A DNA stretch of 40,079 bases. It comes from Gemmatimonadota bacterium (GTDB lineage: Bacteria; Gemmatimonadota; Gemmatimonadetes; Gemmatimonadales; JACORV01). Position 1 is the stretch's first letter. The number at the start of each line of letters is the position of its first letter. A model generated the notes under the pieces. It saw only the letters and a program-made list of their open reading frames with translations. It made no database searches and had not been told where the DNA came from. Of this stretch, positions 18,265 through 26,903 are shown piece by piece. The stretch spans positions 1 to 40,079 of the forward strand of contig JACQVG010000018.1 of assembly GCA_016209905.1 (NCBI GenBank), read 5' to 3'. The position numbers and the translations under genes are program-made.

Positions 18265-18936
18265 ATGAAGATCCTCGTCGTCGAAGACGATCGCAAAGTC
18301 GCCGGGTTCATCGAGCAGGGCCTCCGTGAGGAGGGCTACTCCGTGGACGTCGCCCCCGACGGCGACGAGGCGACGATGCTCGCCCACGTGTACGATTACG
18401 ACGTGATCGTTCTCGACGTGATGCTGCCGAAGAAAAGCGGACTGCACGTTGCGGCGGAGCTTCGGCGCGAGGGCCGGGGGACGCCGGTCCTCATGCTGAC
18501 CGCGCGGGACGCCACGGAGGACATCGTCCGCGGACTCGACGCCGGTGCCGACGACTACCTCACCAAGCCGTTCAAGTTCGATGAGCTGCTCGCGCGGGTG
18601 CGCGCCCTCGTGCGCCGCGGCGGCGCGACCCGGACGGAGCTGTTGACGTACGGGCCGATCGAGCTCGACCGGCTGAAGCACAAGGTCCGCGTCGGCGGGA
18701 GGGGGCTGGAGCTGTCTCCCAAGGAGTTTCACCTGCTGGAGCACTTCCTCCTGCGCCCGGAGGAGGTGGTGCGTCGCACCGAGCTGTTGGAGAAGGTGTG
18801 GGACATGCACTTCGACCCCGAGAGCAACGTCGTGGACGTGCACGTCGGGAATCTGCGGCGCAAGCTTCGGCAGGCCGCCCAGATGAGCCTGATCCACACC
18901 GTGCGCGGCGTCGGCTTCCGCCTCCAGAAACCCTAG
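18265..18936 (+). CDS. OmpR/PhoB-family response regulator (CusR/CopR-like)
   Basis: ILVVEDD, LDVMLP, LTARD, GADDYLTKPF, VWDMHFDPESNVVDVHV, IHTVRGVGF. Confidence 0.95.
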   Translation: MKILVVEDDRKVAGFIEQGLREEGYSVDVAPDGDEATMLAHVYDYDVIVLDVMLPKKSGLHVAAELRREGRGTPVLMLTARDATEDIVRGLDAGADDYLTKPFKFDELLARVRALVRRGGATRTELLTYGPIELDRLKHKVRVGGRGLELSPKEFHLLEHFLLRPEEVVRRTELLEKVWDMHFDPESNVVDVHVGNLRRKLRQAAQMSLIHTVRGVGFRLQKP

Positions 18937-18943
18937 GCCTCGA

Positions 18944-18997
18944 TGATGGGATCTTCACGCAACTTTCACGCTGCCTTCATCCGGCGCGGGCTAGGCT
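18944..18997 (+). promoter_or_regulatory. Promoter with shared box pointing into an ORF-poor structured region
   Basis: TGAT-N6-TTCAC-N6-TTCAC-N6-TTCAT-N11-TAGGCT. Confidence 0.65.
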
Positions 18998-19003
18998 CGC
19001 TGT

Positions 19004-19260
19004 GACCACCCGAATCGGTGGTCGGTGCGGGATCGCCCCTGAGGAGGGGCCGGCGCTCAAAACGCCGCCGACGGATCGGTTCGCTCGGAGTCACCGGCCG
19101 CACGTTCACTGGCTCGCGCCGGTACGAGAACACGAAACCCGGCGACAAACAGGCACTCGAGGAGCGGACGCCATCGGGTCAGGCACGACCCGACCAAAGT
19201 GATCGGTCGGAAGAAATGTCCTCCAGCCCCCGCGCTCCCCCGGAGAACGGGGGCTGATCT
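19004..19260 (+). ncRNA. Putative novel structured small RNA
   Basis: Predicted start coincides with the first base of hairpin GACCACC/GGTGGTC; a chain of further hairpins ends in the 9-bp stem CAGCCCCCG/CGGGGGCTG. Confidence 0.5.
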
Positions 19261-19271
19261 CTTCCAGCCTC

Positions 19272-20384
19272 CTAGTATCTCAGCCCCGTCGCGTCCGCGA
19301 ACTGCTTCAGGATGGCTTCCTGCTCGGCCGAGAGCTTGGTGGGAACCTCCAGGCTGACCTCCACCAACTGGTCGCCCCGCGCGCTGTTCTTCTCGATGCC
19401 CTGCCCCTTGATCCGGAACTTGCGACCGGGCTGGGTGCCGGCCGGAATCCGGAGCACGACGTGCTTGCCGTCGAGCGTGCGCACCTTGAGCTTCGTTCCG
19501 AGCATCGCCTGGGCGACGTTGATCGGCACCACGCAGTGCACGTCGAGTCCGTCGCGGTGGAAGAATCGGTCGGGCTCGACCTGGAAGGTGATCACGAGGT
19601 CGCCCGCTGCCGCGCCGCCCGTCCCGCGCAACCCCTGCTCCTTGAGGCGCAGCTTCGCGCCGGAATCGGCGCCGGCAGGCACCTCGATCATCAGGCGTTT
19701 CTCGAGCTTGACGTCGCCGACCCCGTGGCAGGTGCCGCACCGCCGTGACGCGACCCGGCCCTTGCCGCGGCAGGCGGGACACGGTCGCTTGACCGCGAAG
19801 CCTCCGTAACCGAACGAGACCTGCCCGCTCCCCTGGCACTCGGAGCAGGCCGTGAGCGTCGCGCCCGGCGCGGCCCCCGAGCCTCCGCAGGTCGGGCAGC
19901 CTTCCGTCACGGGCACAACCACCGGCACCTTGCCGCCGAGCGCCGCTACTCGGAACGGGAGGGTCACCACCGTCTCCACGCTCTCGCCCCGCTCGCGCCC
20001 GCCGCGCTTCGCCTCGCCGCCGAAGATGGAGGAGAACAGGTCGCCGATCCCGCCCAGACCAGCGTAATCCTTGAGGTCGAAGTCCTCGAACCGCGCACCC
20101 GCGCCGCCGCCGGCCGGCCGGCCCGGGGCGCTGCGCGCCCCGAAGCCGGTGAATCCGCCGTAGCGGCGGAGGCGGTCGTAGTGCTTGCGCTTTTCGTCGT
20201 CGGACAGGACGGCATACGCTTCGGTGATCTCCTTGAAGCGTTCGCCGGTCGTCCTGTCCCCCCCGCCGGGGCTGGCGTCGGGATGGTGCTTCTTCGCCAG
20301 TTTCCGGTAGGACCGCTTGATCTGGTCCTTCGTCGCCGATTCGGCGACGCCCAGTATCCGGTAGTAGTCCTTCTGCTGCGACAC
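19272..20384 (-). CDS. dnaJ: Chaperone DnaJ
   Basis: J domain with HPD, G/F-rich linker, four CxxCxGxG motifs, C-terminal domain. Confidence 0.95.
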   Translation of the reverse strand: MSQQKDYYRILGVAESATKDQIKRSYRKLAKKHHPDASPGGGDRTTGERFKEITEAYAVLSDDEKRKHYDRLRRYGGFTGFGARSAPGRPAGGGAGARFEDFDLKDYAGLGGIGDLFSSIFGGEAKRGGRERGESVETVVTLPFRVAALGGKVPVVVPVTEGCPTCGGSGAAPGATLTACSECQGSGQVSFGYGGFAVKRPCPACRGKGRVASRRCGTCHGVGDVKLEKRLMIEVPAGADSGAKLRLKEQGLRGTGGAAAGDLVITFQVEPDRFFHRDGLDVHCVVPINVAQAMLGTKLKVRTLDGKHVVLRIPAGTQPGRKFRIKGQGIEKNSARGDQLVEVSLEVPTKLSAEQEAILKQFADATGLRY

Positions 20385-20387
20385 CGG

Positions 20388-21071
20388 CTAGCTCGCCGCT
20401 TCGTCTTCGGCCCGCGCCGTCCAGGTCAGCACCGCCACGCGCGCCGGTCTGAGGAGCGTGCCCCGGAAGCGATAGCCGTGCTGGAACACATCGCCGACCG
20501 TGTGGTCCGCCTCCGGCGAGGGCGCGGCCAGCGCCGCCACCGCCTCGTGACTGTTGGGGTCGAAGGGCTGGCCGGCCGGATCGAGGCGCTCGAGCCCCGC
20601 GCCCTCGAGCACCTTGAGGAGCTTGCGCTCGACGAGCCCGACGCCTTCGTGGAGCGCGGCCGCAGACGTCTGCTCGGGGTCGAGCCGAGCGACGCGCGCC
20701 AGGTCGTCCACGACCTCCAGGATGCGCCGCAGCAGCTCCGCCTGCCCCCGGCCCCACGCATCGTCCCGCTCGCGAATCGCCCGCTTGCGATAGTTCTCGA
20801 GGTCCGCCGCGGTGCGCAGGCAGCGATCCTTCCACTCGGCCAGCTCGCCGGCGAGCCTTTGGACCGCCTCGTCGGCAGACTCGAGCACCGCCGCGGCGCT
20901 CGCGTCGCCCGGTGCCGCCGCCGCGTCACCAGGCTCGTGACCGACCGCCTCGTCCGTCACCGAGTCCGGTGCGGGCGCCGGTTCCGACGCCTCTCCCGCC
21001 GGGCCGTCCCCCCGGCCTGCGGTGGCGGGGGAGCCGACATTCGCCGCGCGGCCCTGATGCTTCTTTCCCAT
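20388..21071 (-). CDS. grpE: Nucleotide exchange factor GrpE
   Basis: LRTAADLENYRKR, VDDLAR, FDPNSHEAV, GY...LLRPARV. Start uncertain; ATG 21071 chosen. Confidence 0.93.
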   Translation of the reverse strand: MGKKHQGRAANVGSPATAGRGDGPAGEASEPAPAPDSVTDEAVGHEPGDAAAAPGDASAAAVLESADEAVQRLAGELAEWKDRCLRTAADLENYRKRAIRERDDAWGRGQAELLRRILEVVDDLARVARLDPEQTSAAALHEGVGLVERKLLKVLEGAGLERLDPAGQPFDPNSHEAVAALAAPSPEADHTVGDVFQHGYRFRGTLLRPARVAVLTWTARAEDEAAS

Positions 21072-21247
21072 GGTGCTCCCAGCTTGCATGGCGCAAGTCT
21101 GCGCCTTGAACGATAACGCGGGTGGCAAGGGCCGTGCCACCGCGGACAGCCACGACGGCAGTCGCTAGCGCGGCCCGTCGGATGGAGCCGCAGGCGCGGC
21201 ACCGTCCGCCGCGCGCCCACGAGGGACGCGCCGGCCGGCCTGGAGCT

Positions 21248-22615
21248 TCAGCCCACGACCGGCTCGAGCCGCGCCGTGAAGTGCGGAAGCACCGGGCTGC
21301 GCGACACGATCCTCAGGCCGCGGACGGCGCCGCGGCCGGCCAGCAGCGCCGCGCACACCTCGGCGACGTAGTCGAGGTGGCTATCCGTGTAGACCCTGCG
21401 TGGGACGGCGAGACGCACCAGCTCGAGTTCCGGCCACTCCCACGTCCCCGTCGCCTCGTCCGGCTTGCCGAACATCAGCCCGCCGATCTCGACCCCGCGG
21501 ACGCCTCCCTCCAGGTAGAGCGCGCACGCCAGCGCCTGAGCGGGAAACTGCTCCTGAGGGATGTGCGGCAGGAAGCGCCGCGCGTCGAGGTACACGGCGT
21601 GTCCCCCGATCGGCAGCAGCACCGGGGCGCCGAGCGCCTGGAGCCGCTCGCCGAAGCGTCTCACCTGGCCGACGCGATGCTCCAGGTAGCGTTCGTCGAG
21701 TACCTCCTCGAGCCCGCGCGCCATCGCCTCGAGGTCGCGCCCCGCCAGCCCCCCATACGTCGTGAAGCCCTCGATCAGGACCAACATGCTCGACACCCGC
21801 GCGGCGAGCGCCTCATCGTTCATCGCGATGAAGCCGCCGATGTTGACCAGGCCGTCCTTCTTCGCCGACATCGTGCAGCCGTCACCCAGGGCGAAGAACG
21901 CCCGCGCGATCTCCTCGATCGATCGGCCGGCGCACCCGGTGTCGCGCGTCTTGCAGAGGTATGCGTTCTCAGCGAAGCGGCAGGCGTCATAGTAGAGGGG
22001 GATGCCGTGACCGTGGCACCAGTCCGCCGTCGCGCGGGCGTTCCCCAGGGAGACAGGCTGACCGCCTCCCGAGTTGTTGGTGATGGTCAGCATCACCAGC
22101 GGGATGCGATCGCGCCCCACCTCGGCGAGCACGCGGTCGAGCTTCGCCAGATCCATGTTCCCCTTGAAGGGGTGATTGACTGTCTGATCGTACGCTTCGT
22201 CTATGACGCAGTTGACCGCCACACCCCGGTTGTGCTCGACGTTGGCGCGCGTGGTGTCGAAGTGGATGTTGTTCGGCACTCGGTCGCCCGGCCGCAGCAC
22301 GGTGCTGAAGAGGAGGTTCTCCGCCACGCGACCCTGGTGGGTCGGGATCACCTCACGGTAGCCGGTGACGCGCCGCACCACGGTCTCGAAGGCGTAGAAG
22401 TTGCGGCTCCCCGCGTACGACTCGTCGCCCAGCATCATCGCCGACCACTGGCGGTCGGACATGGCGGAGGTCCCCGAGTCGGTCAAGAGATCTATCGTGA
22501 TGAGCGAGGCCGGGAGGTTGAAGAGGTTATGCCCCGCCTGCGCGAGGGCCTCGGCGCGCTCGGCCCGCGTGGTGAAGGCCAGCGGCTCGACGACCTTGAT
22601 CTTGAAAGGTTCCAT
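21248..22615 (-). CDS. tnaA: Tryptophanase
   Basis: EPFKIKVVEP, IDLLTDSGT, THQGR, MSAKKD (PLP lysine). GVRGVEIG and PHFTA favour tryptophanase over tyrosine phenol-lyase (SGKKD/MERG/RFFTA). Confidence 0.85.
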   Translation of the reverse strand: MEPFKIKVVEPLAFTTRAERAEALAQAGHNLFNLPASLITIDLLTDSGTSAMSDRQWSAMMLGDESYAGSRNFYAFETVVRRVTGYREVIPTHQGRVAENLLFSTVLRPGDRVPNNIHFDTTRANVEHNRGVAVNCVIDEAYDQTVNHPFKGNMDLAKLDRVLAEVGRDRIPLVMLTITNNSGGGQPVSLGNARATADWCHGHGIPLYYDACRFAENAYLCKTRDTGCAGRSIEEIARAFFALGDGCTMSAKKDGLVNIGGFIAMNDEALAARVSSMLVLIEGFTTYGGLAGRDLEAMARGLEEVLDERYLEHRVGQVRRFGERLQALGAPVLLPIGGHAVYLDARRFLPHIPQEQFPAQALACALYLEGGVRGVEIGGLMFGKPDEATGTWEWPELELVRLAVPRRVYTDSHLDYVAEVCAALLAGRGAVRGLRIVSRSPVLPHFTARLEPVVG

Positions 22616-22641
22616 GTCAGGACGCCCTGCGTCGCGGAGTG

Positions 22642-23490
22642 TCAGCGCTGAGGACGCGGCAGGACGCGGTCGAGCCACGGCTCGATGTCCGCGAAGGCGC
22701 GGTCCCGCTCGCGCTCGTTCAGTACTTCGTGAAAGAATCCTTCGTACACCCGGACCGTGACGTCGCCCGGCAGCCCCACCGCGAACGCCTCCGCCGCCGG
22801 ACGCGACACGATGCGGTCGTCGCCGGCGAGCAGGAAGAGGAGCGGCACCGTGATCCGGTCTCGCTGGGCGAGGAGCAGCGCCTGGGCGTCTACCGTCTCG
22901 CGATACGCCATCGGCGACATGACCTGGTGGCAGAGCGGGTCGCTCTTGACCGCCTCGCCCACCGCAGGGTCGGTGGACAGGTGGGCGAGCTCCACGCCGG
23001 TGGAGATCCCGATGGCGGGAGCGAGCCCCGCGAGCCACGAGGCGAGCGTGGTCTTCCAGGCCGGGATGCGTATGGCCAAGACCACCGCGGGGCTGGAGAG
23101 AATCGCGCCCGAGAGCCCCTGCGGTCCGGTCTCCAGGTAGCGCAGCGCGATCGCGCCGCCGAAGGAGTGGCCGAGGACGAGCTGCGGCCCCGGCGCCTCG
23201 GCGGCCGCGAGCTTCCTGAGCGCCACGACGTCGGACAGAAACTGCGCGAAGCGCGCGACGTGCCCGCGGGGTCCCGGCGACCGGCCGTGGCCGCGCAGAT
23301 CGAGCGCGAAGACGCTGATGCCGCGGCCGGCGAACCAGCCGGCGACGTGGCCGTAGCGTCCGCTGTGCTCGCCGAAGCCGTGCAGGAGGACGAGGGATGC
23401 CCGGTGCCGGCCCTGCGCGCGGGCGCGCCGGAGGGCCAGCCGCGCACCGTCCGCCGCCGTCCAGTGCTCGACCCGGTCGAACTCCCCCAC
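22642..23490 (-). CDS. Alpha/beta hydrolase (lysophospholipase/monoacylglycerol lipase)
   Basis: LLHGFGEHSGRY, DLRGHGRS, GHSFGG nucleophile, FHEVLNE. Confidence 0.9.
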   Translation of the reverse strand: MGEFDRVEHWTAADGARLALRRARAQGRHRASLVLLHGFGEHSGRYGHVAGWFAGRGISVFALDLRGHGRSPGPRGHVARFAQFLSDVVALRKLAAAEAPGPQLVLGHSFGGAIALRYLETGPQGLSGAILSSPAVVLAIRIPAWKTTLASWLAGLAPAIGISTGVELAHLSTDPAVGEAVKSDPLCHQVMSPMAYRETVDAQALLLAQRDRITVPLLFLLAGDDRIVSRPAAEAFAVGLPGDVTVRVYEGFFHEVLNERERDRAFADIEPWLDRVLPRPQR

Positions 23491-24788
23491 TACAGCGTGC
23501 CTGCAGCCACGCGGCGCAGGTAGTTCAGCGCCGCCTGCGCGGCGCGTCGGCGCACGTCGTCGCGTTCGCCGGGGAAGACGTGCCGGAAAGCGCGCACGAC
23601 GTCGTGCCACAGCACCGCGATCCAGACCGTGCCGACCGGCTTCGCCTCCGTCCCGCCGGCGGGGCCCGCGATTCCGGTGACGGCGATCGCGGCGTCGGCG
23701 CCCAGAGCGCGCGCCACGCCCGTGCTCATCTGCCGTACCACCGCCTCGCTCACCGCGCCGTGCTCGGCGATGGCGTCAGCCGCGACACCCAGCAGCCCGA
23801 GCTTCACCTCGTCGTCGTAGGCGACGACTGCCCCCAGGAAGACGGTCGAGCTGCCCGGCACCGCCGTCAGGCGTGCGCCGAGGAGGCCGCCGGTGCACGA
23901 CTCCGCCACCGCGAGCTTCGCGCCCGCCCGCTCGAGCGCCAGGAGGACGACCGCCGCCAGGTCCTCGTCGCCGTCGCCGTACGCGTGCGGAGCGACGACG
24001 GCGCGCAGGGCGTCGCCCGCCCTGGCGAGCTCGGCATCGGCCTCGCCGGGCGGGAGCTCCCACGCCGTCAGCCGCAAGTCCACCCCGTCCACCGACGGCA
24101 GCGATGCCAGGGTGACCGCCGGCCCCAGCGACATCGCCGCTTCGCGCACCAGGTCCGCGAGCGCCGACTCGGCGACACCGGTCGTGCGGATGGTGCGGGA
24201 CCGGATGACTCGGGCGCCGCCGCTCCGATCGGCCGGCGCGCTCGCGCGGGCCGGGGCGCCCCGGTCCATCCGCGCCCGGAGCCGCGGGAGCACCTCGCGT
24301 TCGAGCAGGGCGCGCATCTCGCTCGGCACGCCGGGCAGGAGCACGGCGAGGCGCCCGGCCTCGTCCTCGATCCACAGGCCGGGCGCGGTGCCCAGCGGGT
24401 TGGGGAGGACGGTGGCCCCCTCGGGTACGTCGGCCTGGGAGCGGTTCGCTTCCGGCATGGGAGAGACGCCGCGGCGGCGGTGCTGCGCCTCCAGCGTCGC
24501 CAGGATCTGCGGGTCGCGCCGCAGGCGCTTCCCGAAAAGCTGGGCCACCGCCTGCCGGGTGAGATCGTCGTGCGTCGGGCCCAGGCCGCCCGTGACAATC
24601 ACCGTCCCGCAGCGCTCCAGCGCGGCCGCTACGGCCCCGCGCACCTCCGCCGCCTCATCGGCGACCGTCGCGCGACGGCGCACGCGCACGCCGCTCGCCG
24701 CCAGGGCGCGGCCCAAATCCGCCGCGTTGCTGTCCTGGACGAGGCCGAGGACGAGCTCGGTGCCGACGGTGAGAAGCTCGCAATCCAT
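23490..24788 (-). CDS. cinA: Competence/damage-inducible CinA (NMN deamidase fusion)
   Basis: VGTEL, TGGLGPTHDDLT, GTAPG, LPGVPSEM, AESCTGG, HGAVS, TGIAGP.GG...KPVGTV. Confidence 0.94.
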   Translation of the reverse strand: MDCELLTVGTELVLGLVQDSNAADLGRALAASGVRVRRRATVADEAAEVRGAVAAALERCGTVIVTGGLGPTHDDLTRQAVAQLFGKRLRRDPQILATLEAQHRRRGVSPMPEANRSQADVPEGATVLPNPLGTAPGLWIEDEAGRLAVLLPGVPSEMRALLEREVLPRLRARMDRGAPARASAPADRSGGARVIRSRTIRTTGVAESALADLVREAAMSLGPAVTLASLPSVDGVDLRLTAWELPPGEADAELARAGDALRAVVAPHAYGDGDEDLAAVVLLALERAGAKLAVAESCTGGLLGARLTAVPGSSTVFLGAVVAYDDEVKLGLLGVAADAIAEHGAVSEAVVRQMSTGVARALGADAAIAVTGIAGPAGGTEAKPVGTVWIAVLWHDVVRAFRHVFPGERDDVRRRAAQAALNYLRRVAAGTL

Positions 24789-25430
24789 CTACCGGCCGGC
24801 GGTCCGGAGGAGCGCGCGGTAGCGGTAGAGATACACGGCGAGCGAGGAGACCGTGAGAACGATGGCTGCGGCGAGGGTCAGCGCGACGACGGCGCCGTGG
24901 AACTGGTCCCAGTAGTCGCGCAGCCGCCCGGTCCAGCGCATCTCCACGATGAGATCCTTCCAGGCGAACCACGCGATCGTGGCCCCGATGAAGATGTTCT
25001 GGAAGACGGCCTTCAGCTTGCCGGCGCGGCCGGCCGGGATGATCACGCCGCGGCGCCTGGCCTGGAAGCGGAAGATCGTCATCAGAGTCTCGCGCCCCAC
25101 CAGGAGCACGGCGACCCAGAGCGGCAGGCTGCCCCACCACGGGATCTGATAGTCGGCCAGCAGCGTGGGGTGGCGCGTGATCCAGTAGATCGGGACCAGG
25201 GTGGCGAAAAGGAGGAGCTTGTCGGCGATCGGATCGAGCAGCTTGCCGAGGTCGGTGACCTGGTTGCGGCTGCGCGCGAGGTAGCCGTCCGCGACGTCGC
25301 TCACGGCGGCGACGACGAAGATCACGAACGCCACGACCTTGGGCCACGAGCCCTGGATGAACGGCAGGAGCGCGATGACGGGGGCCAGCCCGATGCGCGC
25401 CAGGGTCAGGACGTTGGACAGGGTCCACAT
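24789..25430 (-). CDS. pgsA: CDP-alcohol phosphatidyltransferase (PgsA-like)
   Basis: NVLTLARI, DVADGYLAR...TDLGKLLDPIADK, GKLKA. Confidence 0.88.
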   Translation of the reverse strand: MWTLSNVLTLARIGLAPVIALLPFIQGSWPKVVAFVIFVVAAVSDVADGYLARSRNQVTDLGKLLDPIADKLLLFATLVPIYWITRHPTLLADYQIPWWGSLPLWVAVLLVGRETLMTIFRFQARRRGVIIPAGRAGKLKAVFQNIFIGATIAWFAWKDLIVEMRWTGRLRDYWDQFHGAVVALTLAAAIVLTVSSLAVYLYRYRALLRTAGR

Positions 25431-25438
25431 GACCCGGC

Positions 25439-26116
25439 TCAGCCCAGGGATTTCAGGACGAGCTTGCTGACCGCCTTGAGGGTCTCGAACACCCCGTCAC
25501 CGGTGATGGCGACGGCCTCGCGCGCCGGCGCCCGCTCCACCCACTCGCCGGTCGGCAACTGCCGGACGAGAAAGTCACCCGGGAAAACCGGGTCCGGCAC
25601 GGGCGTCTGCTTGTCGGAGTCGGCGACCGGCCAGCCCGGATTCAGCGCTGCCTGAAGCTCCTTGACCGGGGAGGCGTTCGGCAGATCCCGCTTGTTGAAC
25701 TGGACGACGAACGGGATCTTGGTGAGATCGTACCCGTACTCCCCCATGTTGTCGTACAGGTTCTGCATGGACTCGACGTTCGCCTCCAGCCGCTCGAGCT
25801 GGCTGTCGGCGACGAACACGACGCCGTCCACGCCCTTCAGGATGAGCTTGCGGCTCGCGTTGTAGTAAACCTGGCCCGGCACCGTGTAGAGGTGGAACCG
25901 GGTCTTGAAACCTCGCACCGTGCCAAGGTCCACCGGGAGGAAGTCGAAGAACAGCGTCCGCTCGGTCTCCGTGGCCAGCGAGATGAGCTTGCCGCGGGAC
26001 GCCGGGTTCACCCTGCCGAACACATGCTCCAGATTGGTGGTCTTGCCTCCGAGCCCGGGCCCGTAGTAAACCAGCTTGCAGTTGATCTCGCGCGAGGCGT
26101 AGTTGATCATCGACAT
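25439..26116 (-). CDS. mglA: MglA small GTPase
   Basis: [48 protein letters not shown]. Confidence 0.95.
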   Translation of the reverse strand: MSMINYASREINCKLVYYGPGLGGKTTNLEHVFGRVNPASRGKLISLATETERTLFFDFLPVDLGTVRGFKTRFHLYTVPGQVYYNASRKLILKGVDGVVFVADSQLERLEANVESMQNLYDNMGEYGYDLTKIPFVVQFNKRDLPNASPVKELQAALNPGWPVADSDKQTPVPDPVFPGDFLVRQLPTGEWVERAPAREAVAITGDGVFETLKAVSKLVLKSLG

Positions 26117-26128
26117 GGTGCGCGCCTC

Positions 26129-26620
26129 TCAGTCGCCGAACAGCTTGTCGATCTCATCTTCCGCCTCTTTGCTCGCGAAGCCCTCGAGCTTGGTTGACTC
26201 CGGCCCGGTCCGATCGAACATCGCCTCGAACAGCTTGCTAAGATCCTCGACCGCGGTCTTGACCTTCAGCCGCACCATGCCCAGCGTCGTGCGGTTGTCG
26301 AACAGCGCGACCAGAATCACGCGCCGGGCGACGTCGGCGAGGTACATGGATTCTTTCTCGCCCTGATGGAACAGCGATGAGAACTCCTGCTCGCCGATCA
26401 TCTTGGCCAGCTGGTCGTTGGCGCTGAAATCGGCTGCGGTGAGGGACGCGAAGGCCTGCGGATCGAATTGGGGGGGCTCGCCGACGCTGGCGACGACCTG
26501 GCCGGCGCGGTCCACCAGGAGGAGGCTCTTGACGTTGGTCTCCCGGAGGAGGCCGTTCATGTGAGCCGAAATGGCCTTGGAGTCTTCTTCCCGGAACGAC
26601 CAGCTGGACGCACCCGGCAT
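26129..26620 (-). CDS. mglB: MglB roadblock/LC7 GTPase-activating protein
   Basis: LLVDRAGQ, ASLTA, LAKMIGE.EF..LFHQGE, TTLGMVRL; adjacent to mglA. Confidence 0.93.
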   Translation of the reverse strand: MPGASSWSFREEDSKAISAHMNGLLRETNVKSLLLVDRAGQVVASVGEPPQFDPQAFASLTAADFSANDQLAKMIGEQEFSSLFHQGEKESMYLADVARRVILVALFDNRTTLGMVRLKVKTAVEDLSKLFEAMFDRTGPESTKLEGFASKEAEDEIDKLFGD

Positions 26621-26633
26621 CGGCGCCTCGCCT

Positions 26634-26903
26634 CTAGTCCAGTTTGGCTTCCATGCGGCGCATGATGGCCTCGGCCCGCCGCCGCAGCGACGGATGCTCC
26701 TCCCACGCGATGTACTCGCGCAGCACCCGCACCGTCTCGACCCCCGGGTGCCCGCTCAAGTAGCCCAGCGCCGACAGGCGGCGGAGCGGACGGGCCGAGA
26801 ACAGCGAGGAGCGCCAGCGACCCATCGAGCGCTGCGCCAGCGCGGCGCCGACGACGAAGCCGGCTGCGAGCGACCCCATGAAATACCAGGCGCGGCGCCT
26901 CAT
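26634..26903 (-). CDS. Small membrane-anchored hypothetical protein
   Basis: 89 aa; N-terminal hydrophobic helix followed by HEAT-like RRLSALGYL helices; ATGA overlap with the recR stop. Confidence 0.7.
   Translation of the reverse strand: MRRRAWYFMGSLAAGFVVGAALAQRSMGRWRSSLFSARPLRRLSALGYLSGHPGVETVRVLREYIAWEEHPSLRRRAEAIMRRMEAKLD

Noticed and set aside
18944-19260. CRISPR array or known RNA (tmRNA, RNase P, 6S)
   Set aside because: No repeat-spacer pattern, and the signature sequences of those RNAs are not visible.
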